This document shows positions 46,374 to 56,016 of a DNA stretch of 64,000 nt, piece after piece. Location: the NCBI GenBank assembly GCA_002687935.1, contig NZBN01000007.1:5030-69029 (forward strand), in the 5' to 3' direction. The notes under the pieces were generated by a model that was not told the DNA's origin, made no database searches, and saw only the letters and a list, made by a program, of their open reading frames with translations. The position numbers were made by a program, and so were the translations under genes. How positions within the stretch are numbered: position 1 is the stretch's first letter; each line of letters starts with the position of its first letter. Source of the DNA: Methanobacteriota archaeon. GTDB lineage: Archaea; Undinarchaeota; Undinarchaeia; Undinarchaeales; Undinarchaeaceae.

Positions 46374-47639
46374 ATGGCTTTTGAAAAAGCAAAAGGAACA
46401 CGTGACTTTAGTCCTCAGGAAATGTCTCTGAGAAACTATGTTTTCGACACAATAAGGAGAGTTTACAAGACCTATGGCTATCAGGAACTGGAAACTCCGG
46501 CCTTCGAGCGCTGGGAAACCCTCAATGCAAAGAGTGTCGGCGGAGAGGATGTTTCTAAAGAGATATTCCGCTTTACTGACTACGGTGAGAGGGAGATGGG
46601 TCTCCGCTTTGACTTGACAGTTCCAATGGCACGCTATATTGCCAACAATCCAATGATTCCAAGACCTTTCAAGCGCTTCCAGATAGGGCGCGTATGGCGC
46701 TATGACCAGCCCCAGGCTGGGCGTTACCGAGAGTTCTGGCAGGCAGACGTCGATGTTGTGGGCTCTACGGAGGTTGAGGCAGATCTTGATGCAGTAGGGG
46801 CTGTTGTAGCCTCGCTTAAAGAGCTTGGTTTCAAAGATTTCATAGTTGAAGTAAATAACAGGGCGCTTCTAGAAGAAATTGCAGAGCTTTTCGAAATTCC
46901 ACGAGTTAAGTGCCCTGACTTGTTCAGATGTATAGATAAGCTCGACAAGATAGGGATGGACGCTGTCAAAAAGGAAATAGCGGACAAAGGAATCAAAAAT
47001 GTTGACAAGTTTCTCAACTTTATAGAGACTGCCGGCATGAAGGAGCTTGAAGAAAAACTGCCTGAAAGCGCCGAACTTGCCAAAACAAAGGAGCTTCTGA
47101 AGGCTTCAAAAGCCCTCGGCCTTGGAAAATATCTAAAACTTACTCTGTCTATGGTGCGCGGACTTGCTTACTATACCAGCTTTGTATTCGAGATAAAAGT
47201 TAAAGGGATGGAAAAATACGGAAGCGTTGGTGCTGGAGGTCGCTATGACAACCTCATCGGAGTCTACGGAAAATCTACTATGCCGGCAACAGGCTGTTCC
47301 ATCGGCGTTGAAAGGATAATAGAGATAATGAAAGAGCGAAAAATGGTAGACATCCCGAAAACTGAGACTAAAGTCCTCGTCATTCCAATTGGGAACACTT
47401 TCAAAGATGCCGCAAAAATTGTCCAGCAGCTCAGAGATGCCGGAATTCCATCATCAATAGACTTGATGAAGCGCGGTCCGAGCAAGCTCTTCAATTATGC
47501 AAATTCTCTTGGTATAGCGTTTTCACTTGCGGTAGGTGAGAAAGAAGTAAAATCAAAGAAATACACCTTGAAGAATATGGAAAGTGGTAAGCAGGAAGAG
47601 CTCGGTATTGAGAAAATAATCAATAAATTATCAAACTAA
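46374..47639 (+). CDS. hisS: Histidyl-tRNA synthetase.
   Basis: Class II motifs and a HisRS anticodon-binding domain. ATG 46374 chosen rather than the GTG at 46314, which overlaps the tRNA. Confidence 0.85.
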   Translation: MAFEKAKGTRDFSPQEMSLRNYVFDTIRRVYKTYGYQELETPAFERWETLNAKSVGGEDVSKEIFRFTDYGEREMGLRFDLTVPMARYIANNPMIPRPFKRFQIGRVWRYDQPQAGRYREFWQADVDVVGSTEVEADLDAVGAVVASLKELGFKDFIVEVNNRALLEEIAELFEIPRVKCPDLFRCIDKLDKIGMDAVKKEIADKGIKNVDKFLNFIETAGMKELEEKLPESAELAKTKELLKASKALGLGKYLKLTLSMVRGLAYYTSFVFEIKVKGMEKYGSVGAGGRYDNLIGVYGKSTMPATGCSIGVERIIEIMKERKMVDIPKTETKVLVIPIGNTFKDAAKIVQQLRDAGIPSSIDLMKRGPSKLFNYANSLGIAFSLAVGEKEVKSKKYTLKNMESGKQEELGIEKIINKLSN

Positions 47640-47684
47640 TCCTTTTTCCAACAAGCTTAATAATATCTAAACAGTACTCTTTGT

Positions 47685-48164
47685 ATGACTAATAGAAAAG
47701 CCTATGACGAACTAAGTCAGGATAATAAGGAAAAGCTAGTTTGCGCACTTTTCGCGGCAAAATATCCGGGACTCAGTTCTGACTGCGGAGTCAATGTAGA
47801 CGCTGCAGCCTACTCTTTAAGAGCTGCCTGCGTTCTCATCGCAGAAGAAGAAGATGAACTTGTGAAAAAAATAATTGTTCTCTTAGAAGAGCACAACGAC
47901 TTCATAGAGTCTCTTGCTTCTGAAATCCTCACTCAATATGTTTCCGACCTAAACAAAAGTGATGAATTTGATGAAGACAGAGATGAACTAGTTTTGATAA
48001 CCGGTAGAAAATGGGAGTCCTCCTCATTTTCAGATGAGGGCAAGAAAGTTCTCACCGTTCTTGATGTGGATTCACTTCTAGCTGGTATTGAAAAACACTC
48101 ATCAAAAGACACAAAACAAGCAAAGCATTTGAGAAACCTCGCAAAAACCTTCAACATAATTTAA
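47685..48164 (+). CDS. Hypothetical acidic protein.
   Basis: ORF only. Confidence 0.4.
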   Translation: MTNRKAYDELSQDNKEKLVCALFAAKYPGLSSDCGVNVDAAAYSLRAACVLIAEEEDELVKKIIVLLEEHNDFIESLASEILTQYVSDLNKSDEFDEDRDELVLITGRKWESSSFSDEGKKVLTVLDVDSLLAGIEKHSSKDTKQAKHLRNLAKTFNII

Positions 48165-48166
48165 TT

Positions 48167-48529
48167 TTACTCGAAAAGACTTAATCCTAGTTTATTTCCC
48201 ATTTTCTTAGCGGTCGCGTCATCTGGTCTTAGTTTCCCATTCTCTATCATTTTCAGCTCTGAAAGCTTAACTCCGAGAAAAACTCCGAATTCTTTTTGAG
48301 TCATCTCAAGTTTCTGCCTTTGCTGTGAAATTATTTTTCCAAAATCATCAACAAGAAGTGTCTCATCTGGCATTTTATAATTAGATTGTCCGATTTTGGA
48401 AGCTGCTACATTTTTCGTAAAAATTTCTTTTCCGTAGCGTGTGCAGTGTTCGCAGACAGAAACAGTTGAGCCTCCGACATTTACTTTTCTTTCTGAGTCC
48501 AGCACCAGTCCGCACAGCTCGCACTCCAT
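48167..48529 (-). CDS. mbf1: Archaeal multiprotein-bridging-factor-1 homolog (zinc ribbon + HTH XRE).
   Basis: N-terminal CxxC...CxxC ribbon and a C-terminal XRE-type HTH. Confidence 0.7.
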   Translation of the reverse strand: MECELCGLVLDSERKVNVGGSTVSVCEHCTRYGKEIFTKNVAASKIGQSNYKMPDETLLVDDFGKIISQQRQKLEMTQKEFGVFLGVKLSELKMIENGKLRPDDATAKKMGNKLGLSLFE

Positions 48530-48570
48530 ATATAGTAACTATATTAAGCAAGATTTAATACTTTCTTTTT

Positions 48571-48852
48571 ATGGCAGAAGTTCATTTTCTAAATGACAAG
48601 AAAAAAGTGAAAGCAAAAGACGGAGATTCTTTGAAAGCTCTTGCCAGAGAGATAGATAGTTCTCTCCCATTCGGATGCAGAAATGGTCTTTGCGGAACTT
48701 GTCTTGTTACTGTTGAAGAAGGCGAAGAAAACCTTAGTCCGATAGCTCCACACGAGAGCCGGACTCTCGCCACATGTGGTTCAAAAGAGAAGCAAAGGCT
48801 TGCCTGCCAGTGTAGAATTCAAAAAGGCAAGGTAAAAATTAAATGGGAATGA
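48571..48852 (+). CDS. 2Fe-2S ferredoxin.
   Basis: CRNGLCGTC ... C motif. Confidence 0.75.
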   Translation: MAEVHFLNDKKKVKAKDGDSLKALAREIDSSLPFGCRNGLCGTCLVTVEEGEENLSPIAPHESRTLATCGSKEKQRLACQCRIQKGKVKIKWE

Positions 48853-49145
48853 TTCAGGAACTTAATGAAGAACGAGTTATTGAACTCCTCAAAGAATGCA
48901 AGGACCCTGAGCTCGGAATTGATGTATGGACACTCGGTCTCATCTACGAAATCAAGGTTACTTCTTCTGCTGTTAAAATAAAAATGACTTTGACTTCTCC
49001 TACATGTCCCTTCGGTCAAATGATGATTTCTGAAATAAAAGACCGTCTAAAACTTTCAGGCGGAGCCTCCGAGGTCGACGTTGAGCTGACCTTCAATCCT
49101 CCATGGGAGCCTCCCACAAAAGTTCGAACAATGCTGGGAATTTAA
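48843..49145 (+). CDS. MIP18/DUF59-family Fe-S cluster assembly protein (SufT-like).
   Basis: Conserved TxTxPxCP motif (TLTSPTCPF). Confidence 0.7.
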   Translation: MGMIQELNEERVIELLKECKDPELGIDVWTLGLIYEIKVTSSAVKIKMTLTSPTCPFGQMMISEIKDRLKLSGGASEVDVELTFNPPWEPPTKVRTMLGI

Positions 49146-49180
49146 GCAAAGCATAAAAACTCCCCTTCCTTAATCGAGTT

Positions 49181-50836
49181 ATGATTCCAAAGACATTGCG
49201 TAACAGCTGGAGTTCTTTCGTAGTTCTTCTGCTTGCAGGATATCTTTCTTGGTGGCTAACTCTTGATGTCCGTGTCGTCTACATTTTTGTTTTTCTGGCA
49301 ATTCCAATTTTCCTTTACCTTCGTCTTGCCGCACCTTTTCTTTTCAGACCCAGGGCAAGGATAGGTTTCATTCAGGTTGGTGCCGGAGCTGTCAAAGATT
49401 TGGCAAGCCGGAGACTCATTTATATTCTTACTGCCTACTTTGTTCTATTTTTCCTAGCTGGATTGGCATGGAAAGTAGTATGGGTTGGCTTATCTCCGGG
49501 TTTTTATGATATGGAAGATGGAACTGATTTCCAATCAGAGCAGTTAGTTCTTAGCGATTTAGAATCAAGAACTCTTTTCACCACTGATGTTTACAGAAGA
49601 GTTCCTCACAATACAGGAGAAATAAGATTGAGAGCAAATCGCTTTGGTTGGACTACAATTTTAGAAGCTGAACCTGTATACGAAAACGGTGAGTTGTTGT
49701 GGCGCGCAGCGCTGGAGCCAAACGGACTTGTCAACCAGCTTGTAAGGACTTCACCTGGTTTTTCACAGACTTCTGGAATAACAGAGCTTAGTCCGGAAGT
49801 TTCAGAGATGGACCTCAAATACACAGAAAATCGTATGTTCAATCAAAAATCCAAAAGACGGGCTTGGTATGCAAACAGATTCTGGATTGTTGGTAACGGC
49901 TATCTCACAACAGATACAGATGGAGCTATATGGTGGCTCTATCCAAGAATGTCCATTAAATGGTTTTCGTTTACATATTCTCAAAATTTTGAAGGTGTAA
50001 CTTTAGTCAGTGCACAGACTGCAGACATCCGTCATTACTCCCCAGACGAGCTTGGCGCTCTCAAGGAATTTATAGGCCAGGACCATCTCCGCGTTTATCC
50101 GGAATCACTGGCGCTTGCTCAGTCCTATATTTATGGAGCCAACCGCTTTGGGTTCATTGCCCGTGAAATAACAAAAAGGTCTTCCGACGGTGAATCTCTA
50201 TATGAAATTCCTGGCGGTCAGATATCAACTGGAGCCGCAGAGACATTCCAAAAATACCCAATTCTCTCAGTTTACAATGATGAACTCTATTGGGCTACAC
50301 TATACGAGCCTGTAGGTGGAGAATCCCGTGGTGCCAGAACAGCAGCCATTGCCTTAATTGGAGCGGATTACAACAATGCCGGAGAAGTAAAGATGTATAA
50401 ATTTGATGATTTGGAAAAGAACATTCCGGGAGTAAACAAAGTTCTTCGGCTTGCAAGGACAGAAGTCCAGAATTTCGAAGGCTGGGTTCCTCAGCAAGTT
50501 CAGATATATCAGGACGACCAGAATCGGCTTTATGCCCTGTCTTCAATTGTCAGCGGTTATGGCTCAGGTCAGAAAGTTGCCGCACTTGCAGGAGTAAATC
50601 TGCTGGAGGGCTCAGAAAGAGCCTACATCGTTAAAACAAGCGACTATTCTGATTTGGAAACAGCTCACACAGCTCTTCTCAATAATATGTTTTCTGGGGT
50701 AGCGTCTGCTCCTGCTACAGAAACTGTAACTATACAGGAAGAAGCTCAGACAGAACAGGGAGCTGAATCTGGTGTAGATGAGCGTCTCAGAATAATTGAA
50801 CAGAAAGTTGATCAGATTCTAGAAAGGCTTGAATAG
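49181..50836 (+). CDS. Hypothetical membrane protein (N-terminal TM helices, large soluble domain, C-terminal coiled coil).
   Basis: ORF of 551 aa. Family not confidently recognised. Confidence 0.5.
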   Translation: MIPKTLRNSWSSFVVLLLAGYLSWWLTLDVRVVYIFVFLAIPIFLYLRLAAPFLFRPRARIGFIQVGAGAVKDLASRRLIYILTAYFVLFFLAGLAWKVVWVGLSPGFYDMEDGTDFQSEQLVLSDLESRTLFTTDVYRRVPHNTGEIRLRANRFGWTTILEAEPVYENGELLWRAALEPNGLVNQLVRTSPGFSQTSGITELSPEVSEMDLKYTENRMFNQKSKRRAWYANRFWIVGNGYLTTDTDGAIWWLYPRMSIKWFSFTYSQNFEGVTLVSAQTADIRHYSPDELGALKEFIGQDHLRVYPESLALAQSYIYGANRFGFIAREITKRSSDGESLYEIPGGQISTGAAETFQKYPILSVYNDELYWATLYEPVGGESRGARTAAIALIGADYNNAGEVKMYKFDDLEKNIPGVNKVLRLARTEVQNFEGWVPQQVQIYQDDQNRLYALSSIVSGYGSGQKVAALAGVNLLEGSERAYIVKTSDYSDLETAHTALLNNMFSGVASAPATETVTIQEEAQTEQGAESGVDERLRIIEQKVDQILERLE

Positions 50837-51583
50837 CTATTTCTGATTTAGCCACTCATTTGTTGCATACTTATTTTCTCGTAACTCCTTTGCCATTTCA
50901 AGTTCTTCTGCTGTAAGTTTTCCTTCTTCAAGCTCTCCGAAAACTCGTCTGTAGCCCTCGATCATGGCACTCTCAACTTCCTTGCGTGAGATTTCACCAA
51001 TTTCCTTCTTCACAGTTGTTACTCGGTCTTTTATTGAATCAAGAATTTTATCTGCTATTTTTGCTTTTGATACATTAAGTACTGAAAATAGCTCATCAAT
51101 ATTAGTGCTGTACATCAAAGTTCCGTGCTGAAGTACTGCTCCCCATTTTCTTGTCTGGGCACTTCCTGATATCTTCTTCCCATTAGCCAGTATATCATTA
51201 ATCGGCTTGAATTCAGATTTTATTCCTAGAATATCAAGAGCTTCTATTATAGGCTGGCAGAGGAATCCATAAGATTCTGGTATTTTCTTATTCAGAGTAT
51301 CCTCTCCCATTACAACAGAGTAGGTTATTTCTCCTTGCTGGTCGTGGTAAACGGCGCCGCCACCCGTTATCCTTCGAACCGCGTCTATTCCGACCTTTCG
51401 ACGGTTTTCATCATATATTTCTTCTGCATAGCTTTGAAAGTAGCCAATCGTAACTGTCGAAGGATTAAAAACAAAAAGCCTGCAGGTATCAGGAACAATT
51501 CCCTTTGAACGCGCTTTCAATATGGCTTCATCAACCGCCATTGCCATGGCACCGTCTTCTTCTCTTAATTTAATCAGTCTCAT
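50837..51583 (-). CDS. lplA: Lipoate-protein ligase A, catalytic N-terminal domain (split LplA).
   Basis: BPL/LPL catalytic domain motifs (RRITGGGAVYHD, KISGSAQ). Confidence 0.8.
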   Translation of the reverse strand: MRLIKLREEDGAMAMAVDEAILKARSKGIVPDTCRLFVFNPSTVTIGYFQSYAEEIYDENRRKVGIDAVRRITGGGAVYHDQQGEITYSVVMGEDTLNKKIPESYGFLCQPIIEALDILGIKSEFKPINDILANGKKISGSAQTRKWGAVLQHGTLMYSTNIDELFSVLNVSKAKIADKILDSIKDRVTTVKKEIGEISRKEVESAMIEGYRRVFGELEEGKLTAEELEMAKELRENKYATNEWLNQK

Positions 51584-52113
51584 TATCCCGAATACACACA
51601 GGTATGGTTTTCTCCAAATATATATGCGTTTACTTCCCCTCCTCCTGTACTACTCACTAGTATTTCATTTACTTGTATGGTGATGCTATTAACACCTTCT
51701 GTGGTTCCAGAAACTATGTATTTTGTTTCAGTACTGTTATCTTTGAAAACCTCAAACTTTGCTTTGTATGCTCCACTTTCAGCTTCGTAAATCCCTTTAA
51801 GATATACTAAACTTGTCCCACTCGTTGTGCAGGGACTTTCCTCTGCTCCAGAAATAATCTCTTCTGTAATATTTTCAAGCGTTTCTGAAGTCCCGTTTAG
51901 AATTTCCTGAATTTCACTTAAATTATCGGGCAACATGCCCCCAATATCTTCTGGAATCATTGCACTTACATTATCCGGAATCATATCACCAATATTTTCT
52001 ATTCCTTCTACAATATCCCCAATTTCTGTAGACAATTCTGATGTATCTATTTCTCCGGTGCATCCTGTGATAAGCACAGACAGAACAAGTGTCGCCAACA
52101 CAAACCTTCCCAT
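51583..52113 (-). CDS. Acidic lipoprotein (lipobox LITGC) with short MIPDN/MIPED/MLPDN repeats.
   Basis: Signal peptide plus a Cys lipobox. Confidence 0.5.
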   Translation of the reverse strand: MGRFVLATLVLSVLITGCTGEIDTSELSTEIGDIVEGIENIGDMIPDNVSAMIPEDIGGMLPDNLSEIQEILNGTSETLENITEEIISGAEESPCTTSGTSLVYLKGIYEAESGAYKAKFEVFKDNSTETKYIVSGTTEGVNSITIQVNEILVSSTGGGEVNAYIFGENHTCVYSG

Positions 52114-52169
52114 ATTTAAAATTATGTAGATATGTTTATATATTTTCCAACGTTAGCCTGTTTGGGAAG

Positions 52170-52463
52170 ATGGATTCGATTGTGAAAAAACAATTCAAAG
52201 TGGCAGGAGGCAAGCTCTTGAAAGCATCATTTTCTGTTGATGAGGGAAAACTGAAAGACGTAAAAATAACTGGTGATTTTTTTCTCTATCCTGAAGAAGC
52301 AATTGAAGGTCTTATTTTATCTCTCAATGACATTGAATTTGAAGAAAGTATAATTGAGAAAGCAGTTTCAGTATATCTAAAAGATAATAATGCTGAGTTT
52401 GTCGGTGCTTCTCCAAATGATGTGGCAAAACTCTTCACACAGGAAGTGGAGGATTCCAAATGA
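52170..52463 (+). CDS. lplB: Lipoate-protein ligase C-terminal accessory domain (LplB-like).
   Basis: ~97 aa matching the LplA C-terminal domain. Start at ATG 52170. Confidence 0.55.
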   Translation: MDSIVKKQFKVAGGKLLKASFSVDEGKLKDVKITGDFFLYPEEAIEGLILSLNDIEFEESIIEKAVSVYLKDNNAEFVGASPNDVAKLFTQEVEDSK

Positions 52464-53446
52464 TAATTTCAAAGACTCCTCTCCGAGTAACCTTTGGAGG
52501 GGGTTGCACGGATTTCCCTTCATATTATGCAGACCATGGCGGTTTCCTAGTCAATGCCGCTATAGACAAATACACTTTTATTATTCTTCATCAAAAATTT
52601 GACAAGAAGATAAGGGCAAAATATTCTCTTTGTGAAGTTGTCGACAGCGTTGAAGAACTTAAGAATCCAATAATAAAAGAGGCTCTAAAATCTGTCGATT
52701 CTCCAACTGGAATAGAAATTGTCAGTCTTTCTGACATTCCAAAAGAAACTCAACTTGGACAGACTGGAAGTTATACAGTTGGGCTTCTCGAGGCTCTCAA
52801 TCAATGGAAGAACGAGCATATTCCTACAGAAGAGCTTGCGACAAAGTCCTGCAAAATACTAATTGATATTCTAAACAAACCTGTCGGAAAACAGGACCCA
52901 TATATCGCTGCCTATGGAGGTATAACTTGCTTTGATATTTCAAAAGATGGTGAAGTAAAAGCCTCTCCTTTGCAAATATCCAGCGAAACTACGGAAGAAT
53001 TGGAGAAGAACCTCCTTTTCTTCTTCACGGATTTTACCAAGGCATCTGCCGATATACTGGGTGAACAACTAAGTAAAGGGGGTAAACTCAGCAAAGAAGT
53101 TGAAGAAAATCTTCACAAGGTAAAGGATGTCAGCTACAGAATAAAGGAAGCTTTGGAAAAAGGGGATACTTCTGAATTTGGAAAGCTGTTAAGTGAGCAC
53201 TGGGGGCTGAAAAAGGCGCGTTCTCCAAGTTCTACAACTCCTCAAGTTGACAAGCTATATTCCTCTGCTTTGGAGAACGGAGCCATCGGAGGAAAATTAG
53301 TCGGTGCCGGAGGCGGAGGCTTCCTGATGTTTTATGCAGAAGATGCCGAAAAACTCAGAGAAACAATGGCTAAGGCTGGCGCAAGAGAAATGAAATTTGG
53401 TTTTGATTTTGAAGGCTCAAGAGTTATGCTCAACACTGAAGCTTGA
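52460..53446 (+). CDS. GHMP-family sugar kinase (HddA/heptose-7-phosphate-kinase-like).
   Basis: N-terminal PLRVTFGGGCTDFPSYYADHGGFLVNAAIDKY resembles the HddA N-terminus. GHMP ATP-binding loop GLGSS-like. Confidence 0.6.
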   Translation: MIISKTPLRVTFGGGCTDFPSYYADHGGFLVNAAIDKYTFIILHQKFDKKIRAKYSLCEVVDSVEELKNPIIKEALKSVDSPTGIEIVSLSDIPKETQLGQTGSYTVGLLEALNQWKNEHIPTEELATKSCKILIDILNKPVGKQDPYIAAYGGITCFDISKDGEVKASPLQISSETTEELEKNLLFFFTDFTKASADILGEQLSKGGKLSKEVEENLHKVKDVSYRIKEALEKGDTSEFGKLLSEHWGLKKARSPSSTTPQVDKLYSSALENGAIGGKLVGAGGGGFLMFYAEDAEKLRETMAKAGAREMKFGFDFEGSRVMLNTEA

Positions 53447-53455
53447 AAGGGTTTA

Positions 53456-53518
53456 GTGTCTCAGACCGCCCATCATTCATCATCTGGTATCAGATCGATG
53501 TCGGATCTTCATCGACTA
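53456..53518 (-). ncRNA. Candidate C/D box sRNA. On the minus strand the layout is C(UCGAUGA)-15nt-D'(CUGA)-6nt-C'(AUGAUGA)-12nt-D(CUGA).
   Basis: Box elements and spacings read by eye. Fibrillarin and Nop5 are encoded in the same window. Confidence 0.3.
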
Positions 53519-53588
53519 CTTTTAGGTTCTTTTTATCACTTATAAATGTGCTGGAAAGTCTTAAGTAGAATCAAACTAAATTTCCTAT

Positions 53589-53888
53589 ATGGGGAAACGA
53601 AGAACACAGAAAGAAATAGAGGAGTATTGCAATTTTCTTTCTGCTCACATAGCTTCAAAGGAGTTTGGTGTGGCAATTAATTATTTTGAATCTTTAAATT
53701 CCTCATTAAAAGAAGCTGAAAAGTACATAAGCGGAAAAGATATCGAAGAAATAAATGAGCTTAAACTTCCACTCGTCAATGCTCTCCACCACACTTATAA
53801 TAGTTCCGAGGAAAAACAACAGAGCTGCGGGGAGTGTTTCGAAGACATCTTCAGCAAAATAAAGGAAGTGTTCAATATAGATAAATGA
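53589..53888 (+). CDS. Hypothetical helical protein.
   Basis: ORF with a TATA-like CTTATAAAT upstream. Confidence 0.4.
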   Translation: MGKRRTQKEIEEYCNFLSAHIASKEFGVAINYFESLNSSLKEAEKYISGKDIEEINELKLPLVNALHHTYNSSEEKQQSCGECFEDIFSKIKEVFNIDK

Positions 53889-54229
53889 AAAAACTGAATT
53901 TGGTATTCATAATCTTGCTTGTTATATTTATTTCAGGTTGTCTGACCTACTCAAAGTCGGAGAAAGTTAAATTCCTCGGAGAGGGTGATGAAATTTCTCT
54001 TACAGGCTATATCTTCTCTGAAGGGACTAAATTCTGCTTCGACAGCGAGGCTACTGACTGTTTTCCAACTTCTTCCAACATTCTGAGCGAGGATATGCTC
54101 AGTACAGCCGATTGCATAGTTGTTGTTGGTGTTGATGCTACTATGTCGGTCTCAGAGGAAGAAAAAATTCTCCTCCTTAATTCAGTGTCAATTATTGACG
54201 AAACAAGCTTCTGCAACGAAAGAACTTAA
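53885..54229 (+). CDS. Hypothetical lipoprotein-like secreted protein.
   Basis: Signal peptide with an ISGC lipobox-like motif. Confidence 0.4.
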   Translation: MKKLNLVFIILLVIFISGCLTYSKSEKVKFLGEGDEISLTGYIFSEGTKFCFDSEATDCFPTSSNILSEDMLSTADCIVVVGVDATMSVSEEEKILLLNSVSIIDETSFCNERT

Positions 54230-54267
54230 ATATTTCCAGTGACACTGTATAAGAATTCTGAAATACG

Positions 54268-55191
54268 ATGATTAGAGCTTCTGCACCGGGAAAATTAATT
54301 TTGTTCGGAGACCATGCTGTGGTCTATGGAGAACCGGGAATAGCCACTGCGATAAACAAGAGAGCATACTCTACTGCATGCGAATTGGATGGAAAAAAAA
54401 TTGTTGTTGAGTCCAAAGATACTGGAGAAACAACAGAATGTGGAATCAGGGAGAAGTCCAAGAATCCAATAATTGCCGCAGTTCAGGAAGCACAAAAATT
54501 CTCAAAAAGTCGGTCAGGTATTGGTATTGAAATAAATTCCCAAATTCCTATCGGTGCCGGACTTGGTTCATCTGCTGCCGTAGCAACAGCCACGATTGCT
54601 TCCGTCGCAACACTTCTCACTGGAAAGGAGCCGTCCACTATGGAGATTGCAGAGATGGCTTACAAAGCTGACAAACTGGCTCACGAAAGTCCAAGTGGCA
54701 TAGATACTGCTGTAACAAGTCTTGGTGGAACTATTTTTTTCAAAAAAGGAAACATAAGTCAGCTGGATTCTGAGCCTCTCACTTTAGTTGTAGCAAACAG
54801 TGGTGTCAGAAGGAACACCAGCGACATGGTTTTGAGAGTTAAAAACAGTATAAGGGATCCAAGAGTTGCCCTAAGTATGTTCAGCATAGGTTCCTTGTCA
54901 AAGGAAGCTCGAACAATTCTTCTTGGTAAGCGTCAGGGAGATCTTGGCCCTCTTATGGATCGTGGACAGTCCCTCTTGAAAGATTTGGGTGTCAGCTCTA
55001 CATCCCTCGAGGACCTGGTTCAGCTTGCAAAAGATTCTGGAGCAGTCGGCTCAAAAATAACTGGAGCTGGGGGTGGAGGTTGTATTATTTCACTATCAGA
55101 TAACCCTGAGACATTAATCCAGGCTTTCAAAGAAAGTGGTGCTTCTGCATATTCCGTAAGGACAAATCAGCCCGGTGTTAGAATTGACTGA
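54268..55191 (+). CDS. mvk: Mevalonate kinase.
   Basis: APGKLILFGDHAVVYG N-terminus and a GHMP ATP loop GAGLGSSAA. Confidence 0.85.
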   Translation: MIRASAPGKLILFGDHAVVYGEPGIATAINKRAYSTACELDGKKIVVESKDTGETTECGIREKSKNPIIAAVQEAQKFSKSRSGIGIEINSQIPIGAGLGSSAAVATATIASVATLLTGKEPSTMEIAEMAYKADKLAHESPSGIDTAVTSLGGTIFFKKGNISQLDSEPLTLVVANSGVRRNTSDMVLRVKNSIRDPRVALSMFSIGSLSKEARTILLGKRQGDLGPLMDRGQSLLKDLGVSSTSLEDLVQLAKDSGAVGSKITGAGGGGCIISLSDNPETLIQAFKESGASAYSVRTNQPGVRID

Positions 55192-55990
55192 AAATAGTAA
55201 AGAAACAATATTCGTCAAGCTCGGCGGATCTGCAATAACGCATAAGGAAAAAGAATTTCAGGAAAATCTTTCTGTTATAGATTTATCCTCTTCTCAGATT
55301 TCAGAACTTTACGAGGATTTCAAATTAATTCTTGCTCACGGTGGCGGTGGTTTTGCCCATCCAGTTGCAGAAAAACATAATGTAAGTAAGGGAATAGAAA
55401 AGTGCAAGCCTATTGGTCTTGCAAAGACAAGAAGTGCTCTGCAGAATTTGAATTCGATAGTTGTCAAATCTCTTATATCTCATAAAGTTCCGGCTATTAC
55501 CATTTCTCCTTATTCCTGTTCAAAGATGGAAAATGGGAGATTCACAGAATTTAACCTTTCTCCAATTCATAAAAGTCATAAGATTGGGGCAGTTCCACTC
55601 CTTCATGGTGATATTGTTTATGATTCTGTCAAGGGATGCTCAATAGCCTCTACAGAAATGATATTTTCCCATCTCTCTACTAGGATTACTCCTAAGCGCA
55701 TAGTAATTGGAACTAATGTGGATGGTGTTTTCTGGAATAATCCAGATAGTGGCAAGAGGGAGCTTGTTGAGGAAATAAATAGCGGAAACCTTGCCGAGGT
55801 TCTTTCAGCAGTTGAAGAGTCAAAAACCAGCGATGTTACAGGCGGAATGAGGCACAAAATAGAGGAGCTCTACAATATCAGCAAGCACAATATAGAAATA
55901 TTCATAGTTAATCTTTCCAAGAAAAACTACTTAAGCGGAGCCATACTCGGGAAACCAGAACTAAGCACTAGAATAAAGGCGGGAGAATAG
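55175..55990 (+). CDS. ipk: Isopentenyl phosphate kinase.
   Basis: Amino-acid-kinase fold with KLGGS and HGGGGF motifs. Confidence 0.8.
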   Translation: MLELTENSKETIFVKLGGSAITHKEKEFQENLSVIDLSSSQISELYEDFKLILAHGGGGFAHPVAEKHNVSKGIEKCKPIGLAKTRSALQNLNSIVVKSLISHKVPAITISPYSCSKMENGRFTEFNLSPIHKSHKIGAVPLLHGDIVYDSVKGCSIASTEMIFSHLSTRITPKRIVIGTNVDGVFWNNPDSGKRELVEEINSGNLAEVLSAVEESKTSDVTGGMRHKIEELYNISKHNIEIFIVNLSKKNYLSGAILGKPELSTRIKAGE

Positions 55991-56016
55991 AACCATTAAT
56001 TTTGGTTCATTGGCAT

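Noticed and set aside
46127-46384. 85-aa ORF MSVFIVEENKAF... and the GTG-initiated 5' extension of hisS from 46314.
   Set aside because: Both overlap the tRNA-His gene (46280-46352). hisS has a canonical ATG at 46374 with the conserved MAFEKAKGTRDF N-terminus.
53589-54229. Two small hypothetical ORFs between the GHMP kinase and mvk, considered as possible missing mevalonate-pathway components.
   Set aside because: At 99 and 114 aa, with one being lipoprotein-like with a signal peptide, they are too small and have the wrong topology for PMD/PMK/AcnX-type enzymes.
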